DNA of 64,000 bases from Scenedesmus sp. PABB004 (taxonomy: Eukaryota). Of the stretch, positions 29,437-41,242 are shown in pieces; position 1 is the stretch's first letter, and the number at the start of each line of letters is the position of its first letter. The notes under the pieces are model-generated. The model did not search any database and had not been told where the DNA came from. It saw nothing but the letters and a program-made list of their open reading frames with translations. The stretch covers positions 434,001 to 498,000 of the forward strand of contig CM026548.1 in NCBI GenBank assembly GCA_014905635.1. The letters run 5' to 3'. The position numbers were made by a program, and so were the translations under genes.

Positions 29437-30786
29437 GGCGCGCAGGACGGTGTGGCTCGTCATGTATGCGAGCGACCGGCACACGAGCCGGTACTACCTG
29501 TACACGCGCGGCGCGTGGCCGCCAGCGCTGCTGTTTGAGGTGCAGCCTGGGCTCAACGCGTACAAGCTGGCGCCGATGCACCCTGTCATCATCCCCGCGC
29601 GCGACGGCCTGCGCCTGCCGAGCTACCTCACGCTGCCGCTCGGGCGCGGCGCGCCGGCGGCGCTGCCGCCGGGCCTCGCCGGCGCGCCGCCGGCGGGCAC
29701 GACGCGCGTGGGCCGCACTGGGGCCCGCCGCCGCCCGCGCGCGGCGCGGCGGGGCCGCCGCCGCTGGCGCTGCGCCTGCCGCTTGTGCTCTACGTCCACG
29801 GCGGGCCCTGGGCGCGCGACTACTGGGGCGTGGACGCGGTGGTGCAGCTGCTCGCCAACCGCGGCTACGCCGTCCTCCAGGCGCGGCGCCGCGGGCCCGC
29901 GCGCGGCCGCCGCCGCGCCCCGCGCGCGTGCGCGCTGGCTCTCGCTGCGCCCTGACCGCCCGCCCGCCGCCGCCGACTTCACACCGCGCAGGTCAACTAC
30001 CGGGGCAGCAGCGGCTTTGGCAAGAACTTCCTCAACGCCGGCGACAAGCAGTGGGGCATCGGGCGCATGCAGCACGACCTCACCGACGCGGTCGCCTGGG
30101 CGGTGCGCGCTGGCGTGGCCGACCCGGCGCGCGTCGCGATCGCGGGCGGGAGCTACGGCGGCTACGCGACGCTCGCGGGCCTCGCGTTCACGCCGTCGCT
30201 CTACGCCTGCGGTGTGGACCTGGTCGGCATCAGCAACGTCGCGACCTTCCAGGCCTCCATCCCGGAGTATTGGAAGGTGCGGCCGGCGCCCGGCGCCCGG
30301 CGGCGCCGCCGCACGACGCGCCGCGACCGCGCCGCGCGTGCCGCGACCGCGCCGCGCGCGCCGCGCGCATCGCCCACGCCCGCCCGCCGCCGCGCGCGTC
30401 GGGGCGCCCGCTCGCGCCAGCCGCTGCGCTACGAGTGGCTCACGCGCGTGGGCGACGCCGAGGGCAACGCGACGTTCAACGCCGCCATCTCCCCAGTCTT
30501 CCATGTCGCCAACATCACCGCGCCGCTGCTGATCGGCCAGGGCGCGGCCGACCCGCGCGTGCCGCGGCGCGAGAGCGACCAGATCTTTGCCGCGCTCACG
30601 CGCGCGGGGCGCAAGGTCTCGTACGTCCTGTACCCCGACGAGGGCCACGGCCTGGTGCGGCACGAGAACCGGCTCGACTTTTACGGCCGCGCGGACGCCT
30701 TCCTCGCGACCTGCCTCGGCGGCCGGTCGGAGCCGTTTGCGGCGGTGCCGGGCTCGAGCGCGGAGGTCATCGCCGCGATGGTGTGA
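27130..30786 (+). CDS. S9 family (prolyl oligopeptidase / dipeptidyl aminopeptidase-like) serine peptidase with signal peptide
   Basis: N-terminal [10 protein letters not shown]...[10 protein letters not shown], then [34 protein letters not shown], nucleophile GGSYGG, Asp in QGAADPRV and His in YPDEGHG. Hydrophobic leader [12 protein letters not shown]. Confidence 0.93.
29372..29435. repeat. (GCC)n trinucleotide tract in an intron of the S9 peptidase
   Basis: About 21 uninterrupted GCC units. A similar interrupted tract lies at 2820-2897. Confidence 0.9.
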
Positions 30787-31048
30787 TGCATCCATCACGC
30801 GTACGGGCATGATGCATGGCATCATCAGGCAAGCGCGCAGGTCTCACCGCGACGGTGTGACGGGCGCGGTGTGGCGGGCGCGGCGCGAGCACGCGTGATC
30901 GAGCGCGCTGTGCGGTGCGCGAGGGAGAGGCTGTTTCATCAGCGCGGCGGCCCCGCGCGGTGCAACGCCGCCGCCGCAGCCGCCCGCGCGCGCCGGTCCG
31001 CCGCGGCGCGCCGGTCCGCCGCGGCGCGCGCGCGCGCGCCTCGCGCGA

Positions 31049-32185
31049 TCACATCTGGCCCTGCCGTATCTGGCGGTCGAGCTCGTCCGCGTCGAGCTGC
31101 CCCGGCAGGCGGCGCACGCCGGGGTTGAACACGCTGTACGCGCTCGCCTCGCCCTCGGCCTTGGTGCCGAGGTTTAGGAAGATGCCGGCGATCATCGCGA
31201 CCAGCAAAAACGCGGCGCTGAGCCCCGGGTCGGCCGCGTACACGAGCCGCGCGGCGAGCAGCACGCAGGCGACCGCGGCGAGGCGGCCCGGGCCCACGTG
31301 GAAGAGCCAGACGAGCAGCAGCTCCGGCGCGCGGACGCGCTCCTGCGCGCATTGTTGGGGGGGGGGGGGGGCGCGCGGCGCGGCGGCGTTCGGGTATGCC
31401 GGCGCGCGGCGCGGCGGCGGGGAGCTGGCCCCGCGCCGCGGCAGCACGCGCGGCGGCGCGCCGCGCGCCTGCAGGAAGCGCGCGAGCGCGCGCTCCCAGG
31501 CCGGCGCGTCGGCGCGCAGCGTGAAGCGCAGCGCCGCGTCGTCGTCGTCGTCCGCCAGCTCCACGCCGGCCGCCTCGGCCGCCGCGCGCTGCAGCCGCTC
31601 GCTCGGCGCCTTGCGCTGCGGCACCACCAGCAGCACGTCTGTGGCGGCGCGCGGTCAGCGGGCGGTCGCCGGCTGCGGTCGCCGGCTGCGGCGCAGGGGG
31701 CCGGTGCGGGGGCCGCGCCGCAGCAGCCGCGCGCCGCTGCGCCAACGCCGCCCGCCCGCACCGCCGGAGCTGAGCGCCACCGCCGGGCTCGGCCGCGCCC
31801 GCGCGCCGAGCAGCCCGCCGCCGCCCGCGGGCGCCGCTGCCGGCGGGGGCTCGCCCGCCGCGCGCGCCGCGGCGGCGGCCGCTGTGTGCGTCACGGCCGC
31901 GCCCTTCAACACCAGCTTGAACCGCTCCTCCGGCAGCGCCAGCGCGCGGGCCGCCGCCGCGTACAGCGCCGCGACCTGCGGCGCGCCGGGCGGGGGCGGG
32001 CGCGCGGCGCGCTCGCTGAGGGCGCGGGAGTCTGGGCAGCGGCAGAGCCGGCTGCGGGCTTTGGTGCTGCTCGCGCCGGCGCCGCCGCGGCCGCGCACGT
32101 GCACGGGCGTGTCCAGCGTCAGCTCGTGCACCACGCCCGTGACCGTGCGCAGCTGCACGCTGACGCCGCCGCCGGCGCCGCCCAT
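31049..32185 (-). CDS. SAYSD1: Ubiquitin-like domain + SAYSvFN-motif membrane protein (SAYSD1-like)
   Basis: N-terminal UBL-like VSVQLRTVTG...ERFKLVLKG, a hydrophobic hairpin, then IFLNLGTKAEGEASAYSVFNPGVRRLPGQLDADELDRQIRQGQM*. Confidence 0.88.
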
Positions 32186-32710
32186 CGCGCGGGCCGGGGC
32201 GGCCGCGAGCAGCGCAGCAGCAGCAGGGGCGTCGGTTGGCGCGCCCGCCGAGCGCGCGCCGGCCGGTCCTCTGCGCTGTGTCGCTGGAGCTTGAGCCTGC
32301 GGGTGCTTGGCGCTTGAGCGCTGCTGGCGATCCCCCGCTGCAGAGCGCGGCGCACGGCGCACTGGCAGCGGCGCGCGGCGGCGGCGCGTGGGCGGCTGCT
32401 GTGCGTTTTGTTGGCTGCGGGGGCGGCGCTCGACAAGCTGCGTGAGCGAGTGAGCGACGAGAACAGCGGGTTGTGGCGTGCGGAGAACGCGCCTACGCGG
32501 CGGGCGCAGGCCGAGTGTCACTGACATCTTTCTCGCCTGGGCGCGCCGCGGGCCCGCGCGCCGCCAACAACCTGGCCGCACCGAAACGACCTCACGACTC
32601 AGCCCTCACCCTGATACGCACCTGCCTGGCGCCGCGCCTCGGCGCGCACTCCCGCCGCTGAGGGCGCGGGGCCGCGAGTCGCGGGCGCACGACACGCGGG
32701 GGCGTTCGCC

Positions 32711-35700
32711 ATGGCTGGCGAGGGGCGCGAGCAGCTGCTCGTGGCGCTGAGCGCGGGCGCGGCGGCCCTCAGCGTCGCCTCGCTCGCGTACAGCGCCTAC
32801 AGGCCGCGACGGCGCTACACCGAGGAGGTGGGCGGGCAATCCGGGCCCGCGCCGGCGCGCTGGCGCCGCGCCGGAGGCCCAGCCGCCGCGGCCGCCAGCG
32901 CGCCGCTGCCGCCGGCCGCTGCCGCGCGCGCCGCGGCGCGCGCTGGGCGCCCCGGGGCCGGCAACATGGCAGCTCGTGGACGCGCCGCGCCGGGGGCAGC
33001 GCATGCAGGCGGCGCGCGGCACGCGGGGCGCGGGGGCGCGGGGACGCCGCGTGCGCGCACGCCCGTCGCAGCCGACGCCCGCCGCCGTCGCGCACACCGC
33101 GGGGCCCGGCGCCGCAGGTGATCGGGCCGGACGTGGAGTACGTGCTGGCGCGCGCGCAGGCGCTGCAGCAGGCCGCCGCGGCGCCCAAGGTCAGCGTGCA
33201 GCACCTCAGCGACGCGCTCGATGCGGTCAGCGGCGGCGGCGGCGGCGGCGGCGAGCAGCTGACCAAGGAGGAGCTGGAGGCGACCATGCAGAAGATGCTC
33301 AACGTGCGGCGGCGGCGCCGCGTGTTTTGGGGCGCACGCTCGCGCCCGCGCTCGGCGGCCCCGCAGCCTGGCGGCGATGCGCCGCCGACCCTCCAGCGCA
33401 CGCGCCCACCGCCGCCGCCGCGTCGCCGCGCAGCCGCAGGCGGCCGACGCGGGCGAGAGCGTGCTGGACCGCTTCACCAACGACCTCACCGCGGCGGCGC
33501 GGCGCGGCGGGCTCGACCCGCTCGTCGGCCGCGACGCCGAGCTGCGCCGCGTCACGCACATCCTGCTGCGCCGCACCAAGAACAACCCGGTGCTCGTCGG
33601 CGAGCCGGGTGCGGCGCCGGCAGCAGCGGCGTGGCTGCGCGCTCGCGCAGGGCTCGGCGGGTGGGCTCGCAGCGGCCGCGCAGCGCCGCCGTCGTGCGCC
33701 GACGATCCGCCCGCGGCCCGCCGCCCTTCCCAGGCGTGGGCAAGACGGCGATCGTGGAGGGCCTGGCGCAGCGCATCGTCGCGGGCGACGTGCCGCCGGG
33801 GCTCATGGGCGCGGCGCTGCTGGAGCTCGACCTCGCCGCGCTCGCGGCGGGCTGCATGATGCCCGGCGAGTTTGAGGTGCGGCCGCGCCTAGACACGCAT
33901 ACGCACGCGCCCGCCTGCACGCACGCGCGCCCTCGCACGCACGCACGCCCGCGCGCGCCGCGCACGCTCCAACACACCACGCCGCCGCTGCCGTCGCCGC
34001 GCCGGCGCGCCGCGCGAACGCAGGAGCGGCTCAAGGCGGTGTGCGTGGAGGTCTCCGAGTCGCCGCGCAAGATTGTGCTCTTCATTGACGACATCCACAA
34101 CCTCGTGCCCAACGCCGCGCAGCAGGTGCGCGCGCGCGTGCGGCGCCCCGGCGCAGCGGCGCGCGTGCGTGGCGGGCCCCGCGCCGCGCCGCGCCGCGCC
34201 GCGACCGCGCGCGCGCCCTCTCCCTCCCATCCCGCCGCGCGCAGGGCGCGTCGATGTTTGACGGCAGCGCCATCCTCAAGCCCGCGCTCGCGCGCGGCTC
34301 GCTGCGCTGCCTGGGGTGCAGCAGCCCCGACAAGTTCAAGAAGACCATCGAGAAGGACCCCGGCCTCGAGCGGCGCTTCCAGCAGGTGTTGAATGCGCGC
34401 GGCCGGCCGGGGGGGGGGGGGGGGGGGGCATGCGCGGCCCCATGGCGGCGGCGGCCGCGCGACGCGCGCCGCGCGACGCGCGCCGCGCATCTGTGCGCGC
34501 GCGCGCGGGCCCGTCGCCGGGCCGCGGTGCGGGGCCCGGCCCTCCCCCGCTCTCCGCGCCCGCCCGCCCCGCTCGCTCACCGCACCGCGCCGCGCCGCGC
34601 CGCCCGCCCGCCGCCGCGCCGCCGCCGGCCAGGTCGTGGTCGAGCCGCCGAGCGTCGAGGCGGCGACCTCCATCCTGCGCGGCCTGCGCCCGCGCTACGA
34701 GCGCCACCACGGCATCACCATCAGCGAGGCCGCGCTGCTCGCGGCGGCGACGCTCTCGGCGCGCTACATCAGCGGGCGGCACCTCCCGGACAAGGCGATC
34801 GACTGCCTCGACGAGGCCGCCGCGCAGGTGGGCGTGCTTTGAAGGGTGCAGGGTTTAGGGTTGAGACCCTAAACTAGGGTCTCAAGGCGCAGGCTGCGTG
34901 CGCCGGCGTGTGGGCGTGGGCGGGCGCCGCGGCGGCGGCGGGGCGGGGAGCGGGGCGGCGCGCGTGGCCGCGCTGACGGCCCGCCCGCCGCTTTGCCCCT
35001 GCGTGCCCGCCCGCCCCGCAGGTCAAGATGGAGGCGGGCAGTGAGCCGGAGGGGCTGGACGCGCTGAACCGCGCGATCGCGACGCTGCGCACCGAGGAAG
35101 CGCAGCTCGCGAGCCGCGCGGGCGAGGACAGCACCACGGGTGCGCCCCCGCCCGTTGCCCCCGCCACGCGCCCGCCGCGCGCCCGCGCGGCGCGCCGCGC
35201 CCGCCTGACGCCGCCGCGCCCGCGCGCCTCCCACGCGCCGCCAGGCGGCGACGGCGGCGGCTCGTCGCTGATGCATGTACTCGCGCGCTCGCGCGGCGCG
35301 TCGGCCAAGTGAGCGCGGCGCGCGGCGCGCACCCGTCGCGCCCACCACGCGCGGTGCCGTAGCGGCGACACACCCTCAACGTCCCCGCACCGCCACGCCG
35401 CAGGGACGCGACCGCGGCGTCGTGCGCCAAGGCGGTGCGCAGCAAGATCGCGGAGCTCGAGGCGGTGCAGCGCGTGCTCGCGGCCGAGGTCGCGGCGGAG
35501 CGCGAGGCGGCGGACCGGCTCAACGACCTGCGGTGCGTTGCAGCGCCGGGCGCCGGTCCGGGCGGCGGCACGCCGCGCCGCCCCGCCCGCTCCCACCCTC
35601 CATCGCTGCCGCCTTGCCACGCCGGCGCCCGCGCGCCGCTCGCGCGCTGCTCACGCGCCACGCCCGCGGCCGTGCCGCCGCCGCCCGCAGCAACGACGCG

Positions 35701-37849
35701 ATGCGGCTGCGCTTTGAGGTAGACTACGCCGCGCGCCGCGACGGCCGCGCCGACGCGCCCGACGCCGACGCGGCCGCGGCGCTCGAGGAGAAGCAGGCGG
35801 CGCTTGAGGAGGCCACGGCGGCGCTCGAGGTGCGTTTGGTTTTTTTCTTGGAGCGCGTGGGGGAGTGCGCAGCTGGCAAACCGGCCGCGCCGGGCGGTGG
35901 GCGGCGGGGGAGCGCGGGCGCGCGGCCCACGCCGCCGCGGCCGCCGCCGCCGCCGCAGGCCGCCGAGGCGGAGGGCGGCGGCCGCCACCTGCGCAGCTCG
36001 ACGGTGACGGAGCACGACATTGCGCGTGTCATCAGCAAGTGGACGGGTGAGTGAGGGTTGGGCCCCCCTCACTCACCCGACCGCAGGGCGCCTTGGGGGT
36101 TAAGGCCCTGCCGCACTGCGACCGCGCCGCGCCCACGCCTCGCTCGCCGCCGCGCCGCAGGCATCCCGATCAGCAAGCTGGTGTCGAGCGAGCGCGAGCG
36201 GCTGCTGGGCCTCGCGGACGAGCTGCACAAGCGCATCATCGGCCAGGACGACGCGGTCAACGCGGTCGCGACCGCCATCCAGCGCAGCAGGCGCGCGGCG
36301 CGCCGCGTGCGACACACTAATACACAGTCCCGCACCGCGCTGCCGCGCCGTGCGGCCGCTCCGCCTGCCACCCGCCGCTCAGCCTCCGCGTGTTGTGCGC
36401 GCTGCGCAGGGCGGACCTGTCCGACCCCAACGGCCCGATCGCGAGCTTCATGTTCCTCGGCCCCACCGGCGTCGGCAAGACGGAGCTCGCCAAGGCGCTC
36501 GCCGCGTTCCTGTTCAACTCGGAGGACGCGATGGTGTGCTCGCCGGCGGCGGGCGCTGGCGGGCGCCGCTGCTCGTCGCTCAAGCGAGCGCTGGCCGCGC
36601 GCCCCCGCGGCTCGTCCCCGCGCTCACTCACGCTTTGCTCCCACGCTCCCCACACACACACTCCCCACGCACACTCCCCCAGGTGCGGCTGGACATGAGC
36701 GAATACATGGAGAAGCACAGCGTCAGCCGCCTCATCGGCACGCCGCCGGGCTACGTGGGCTACGAGGAGGGCGGCCTGCTCTCAGACGCGGTGCGACGCG
36801 GCGCCGCGGCGCCGCCGCACGCCTGCGCCGCGCTTGCCGCCGCGCCGCCGCCGCCCGCGCCGCCGCCCACTCCGCCGGCGCCCACGCCGCCGCCCACGCT
36901 GCCGCAGGTCAAGCGGCGGCCGTACTCCATCGTGCTGCTGGACGAGGTGGAGAAGGCCCACGCCGACGTCTTCAACGTGCTGCTGCAGGCGAGCCCCGCG
37001 CGCCGCCGCTAGCGCCGCCGCCGGAGGGTGGACCGCTGCCGCGCCGCGCCCCGCCCCGCCGCCCGCGCGCCGAGCAGCTGAGCCGCCCGACGCCCGCCGC
37101 TGCCGGCCCGCCGCCCGTGGCCCGCAGATCCTGGACGACGGCCGCGTCACCGACAACCAGGCGCGCCGCGCGCGGCGCGGCGGGCCCCCGCGCGCTGCGC
37201 CCCCGCGCCGCGCCGCGCCGCCGCCGCCGCCGCCGCCGCCGGCGCGGGCTTGGTCAAACTCAGTCAGACTCACAAATGCGCGTTCAAAATTCGAATCGCG
37301 CGCCGCAGGGCCACACGGTGTCGTTCAAAAACTGCGTCATCATCATGACGAGCAACCTGGGCAGCGGGCAGATCTTCGAGCACCTCCCCAGCGACAGCCG
37401 CGAGGCGCTCAAGGCGCGCGTGATGGCCGAGGTCCGCGGCCACTTCAGGTGCGCCGACCGGCGTGCGGTGGCCGCGCCGCGCCGCGCCGTCCCGCCGCGC
37501 CGCGCCGCGCCGCCGCCGCATGCTCGCCTCCACGCCATCAACTCACGCAACCCACCCACTCGTCACCTCGCTCGTCCAACACGCTCATCAACCCACACAC
37601 GCAGGCCCGAGTTTGTGAACCGCGTGGACGAGTTCATCGTGTTTGAGCCGCTGCAGCGCGCCCAGATCCGGGACATCGTCGGCCTGCGCGCGCAGGCGCT
37701 CGTGGCGCGCGTCGCGTCGCAGCACCTGTCGCTGCGCCTCGGCGACTCGGCGCTCGAGTACCTCGCGAGCAAGGCGAGCGCGCCGCTGCGGCGGGCGCGC
37801 GGGGCGCTCGGGCCGCCGCGCCTGCGCGGCGCGCCCCCTCGGCCGGCGG

Positions 37850-37881
<32 letters not shown>

Positions 37882-38408
37882 CGCTGCCGCGCGCCGCGCG
37901 CGCCGCCGCGCCCGCGCGTGCGCAGGGCTTCGACCCCTTGTTTGGCGCGCGGCCGGTCAAGCGCGCGCTGCAGCGCGAGCTGCAGACGCTGCTCGCGCAG
38001 GCGCTGCTGCGCGGCGAGTTTGCCGAGGGCGACGCGATTCAGGTCGAGGCGGCGCCCGACGGCAGCTGCCTCACGCTGCTCAAGACGCACAGCGCCGGCG
38101 CCGCGCTGCCCGCGCCGCCCGCGGCCAACGGCGCGGCGCACGGCGCAGCCAATGGCGCGCCGTCGCCGTCGCCGTCGCCGTCGCCCGACGGCGTTCCGCC
38201 CGTGGGGCGCGCCAAGAAGGTGGTGCGCCTCGTCAAGAAGAAAGCCGCCGGCGGCGCCGCGCCCGCCAACGGCGCGCCCGCCAACGGCGCGCCCGCCAAC
38301 GGGGCCGCCGGGCGCGCGCCCAACGGGCTGAGCATGTCCCGCTCTTCCTCGGGCGGCGGGCTGCAGTCGGTGCCGCTCGACGTAGGGGCCGACAGCGACG
38401 AGCCCTGA
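32711..38408 (+). CDS. clpB: ClpB/Hsp100 AAA+ chaperone, atypical (hydrophobic N-terminus, divergent NBD1); about 19 introns
   Basis: NBD1: [10 protein letters not shown]...[40 protein letters not shown]2: [77 protein letters not shown] middle-domain-length insert lies between the rings. Confidence 0.93.
34861..34885. repeat. Perfect 11-bp inverted repeat with telomere-like flank in a ClpB intron
   Basis: TTGAGACCCTA-AAC-TAGGGTCTCAA, immediately preceded by GGGTTTAGGG. Confidence 0.85.
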
Positions 38409-38812
38409 CGCGCGCGGCCGGCGGAAGGAACTCGCATCATAAGACGCGCCCGCCCTGGGCCGGCGGCCGGCGCCGCCCTGGCGCGGCGTGCGCAGCAGCA
38501 GCAGCGGCATCGGCGGGAGGGGCGCGCGCCGTTCAAGACAACACACACGCTTGGCGGCGCGGCAGCGGCGGGGATTGAGCGGGGGCCCGAGGGACGCTGC
38601 GTCAGAGGCAGCTGAGGGCGAGGCAGGGTGCTGATTCATGCAAACGCAACGCGCGGCCGGCGGCCACCGCAGCAGCAGGCGCTGAGCGCGGCGGCGCCAC
38701 CTGAGAGTGCGGCTGGCCGGCCGCGCGCGCGGCGGCGCGCGGTCCGCGCGCGGCGCGGCGTGTGCACGGCTCGGACGGCCCCGGCGGCGGCGGCCGATGT
38801 AAGTTCTCATTC

Positions 38813-41242
38813 TCATGCGGCCGGCACCAGCCCCTGCGCGCGCAGCAGCCCCCGCGCGTCCTCACTCTCCAACAGCCGCGCCAGCAGCTTGGCCTCGCCC
38901 GGCCGCCCCTCGGCCAGTGCCGGCGGGAGCCGCCAGACCGAGACCTCGTCCCCCGCCGCCGCCGCGAGCGTGCCCGGCGCCGCGGCGTTGAAGGCGAGCG
39001 CGTTGGCGCCGCGCACGCCGCCGCCCTGCTGCCGGCCGGCGCCGGCGCCGCCCGCCCCGCCGCCGCCGACCTGCAGCGCGGCCACCGGCGCGAGCAGGCG
39101 CTGCCGGGCGGCCAGGTCGTAGACATACACAGCGCCGTCGGCCGAGGCGGCGGCAAAGACCAGCGGCCGGCTCGGCGACCAGCCGCACGCGAGCAGCCCC
39201 GCGCCGCTCGGCTCCAGCGACAGCAGCGGCGCGGCACGCAGCATGTCGAGCACGCGCAGGCTGCCGTCGCCGCCGGCGGCGAGGGCAAGCTGGCGCTGCG
39301 CGCACTCGGGCGGCGGCCAGGCGGCGGCGTCACGCGCCGGCCCGGCCCGGCCGCGAGCCCCCGCGCCGCCCCGCGCGCGCCGCGCCTCACGTGCTGCGGG
39401 CAGGCGCAGAGGCCGTTGACGGTCGCGGCGAGCGGCTGCAGCGATCCGTCCTTGACCGCGCCGCGCAGCTCCAGCCGCGCGCCGCCGGCGCCCGGCGCAG
39501 CGGCGGCGGCCTCGAGCTTGGCGGCAAATTCCCGGAGCGACGCGTCGCTGATGTCGCCGACCTGGGGGCGTGCGGCAGCGAGCACCAGGCTCGCCGTCGG
39601 CGGCAGCGCGGCACGCGCCGCCACAGGCCGACGGGGCGGCGCAACCGCGCCCCCGCCCGCGCGTCGAGAGCCGCGCCTGGCAGCGCAGCAGGCGGCCGCC
39701 CTCGGTGCCGACCAGCAGCGCCGCCGCCTCCTCGTGCGCGCTGCCCGCCGGACAGAACGCCATGCATGACCCGCCGAGCGTCACCGGCAGCTCGCGCTCC
39801 GGCGGCGCCCAGCGCAGCTCGTACCTGCTGGCGGGCGGCGCGGCGCCGGCGGCGGCGCCGGGGTCGGCGCCCGGGGCGCGTCGCGCCCGCGCAGCGCGGC
39901 GGCCGCCATGGCTCACCCGGCGATGGGGTTGGCGAGCGGCCCGGCCAGCCAGACCAGCAGCCGGCCGTCGGCGCCGAGGCTGAACAGCCGGTGCGCCGCG
40001 CTGCGCGCGCCGTGCCGCCGCGCCTCGTGGCCGCTGAACTGCCAGGCCAGGTCGACGACCGGCGCGCGGTGCCGCGCCGCGCCGAGCGCGTCGGTGCTCG
40101 CCGCCTGCGTGTCGGCGTCGTCCGCGGCGCGGAGGTCCCACAGCACCACCTCGCCGTTGAACGTGCCGCCCGCGAGCAGCGCCTGCGCGGCGGCGGCGGC
40201 GGCGGCAGCGGGCCGGTCGCCGCCACGACGCGTGCGCTGCCACGCGCCCCAGGGGGAGCCTCAAGCCTGTGGGGCCCGCTTGCCCGCCCGCCGCCGCGGC
40301 GCGCACCGGCTGGTCGGGGTGGAAGGCGAGCGCCGTCGCGCCGCTGCCGACCGGCAGCAGGCGCTCGGGCGGCGGCGCGCCGGGCGCCGCGCCCGCGCGG
40401 CCGAGGCTCCAGGTCGCGACCGCGCCCGGCACGCAGCACCAGCCCGCCGCGTCGTAGCTGCGCGCCCGGCGCGTGGTCGGCCGCGTCGGCGGTGCGCGGG
40501 CGGGCGCGCGCGTGCGCCCCGCGCTGCGCTGCTCGCGCCGCGCGCGCACCGGCCGAACGCCGCCGCCAGCGTCTGGCCGGTCTTGCTCCACGCCAGCGAC
40601 GTGACCTGCAGGCCGTGCTTGTTGGGCCGGGCGCCGCCAAAGGCGCTCAGGGTGAGCAGGAGCTGCGGCTGTGCCGCCTGGCCGGGCGCGGTGGGTGGTG
40701 CGGGCGGCGCAGGTGGGCGGCGCACCGCGTGAGCGCGCGGGCGAGGGCTGCGCGCGCAGCCTGGCGCGCCGCGCGCAGCCGCCGCGGCGCGGGCGCACCT
40801 CGCCGAGCTGCGCGCCGGCGCGGCGCGGCGCGGCGCCGCGCGGCTCGAGCATCGCCGCCAGCCCCGCGAGCATGCGCGGCGCGGCGCGCCGCAGTGCGGC
40901 GGCCAGGCCCGCCGCGTCCGCGGTCGCCGCCGGCGCGGCCGCGCCGCCGGCGCCCGGCCCGCCGCTGGCCTGCGTGCCCGCGTCGGCGCGCTGCACGGCC
41001 TGTGTCGCCGCGTGGGCCGTCGGCAGCGGCTCGGTGCCCACGCCCACGCTCGCCGCGGGCGGCGCCGGCGCATGCACGGGCGCGACGTCGGGCGCCTGCG
41101 CGCGGGGCGGGCGCGGCGGGCGTGGCGGCGCCGGCGGGGGAGTGGCGCGCCGGCCGGGGCGGGGCTGCCGCCAGCGGCGCGGCCGCACCAGCTCCGGCGC
41201 CGCGTCCGACAGCGGCGCGCGGCTGACCGTGGCGGCCAGCAT
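38813..41242 (-). CDS. WDR34: WD40 dynein-2 intermediate chain WDR34/FAP133 (retrograde IFT)
   Basis: TQ-type light-chain-binding motifs (AATQA, AGTQA), [70 protein letters not shown] and [10 protein letters not shown]. Confidence 0.82.
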   Translation of the reverse strand: [809 protein letters not shown]

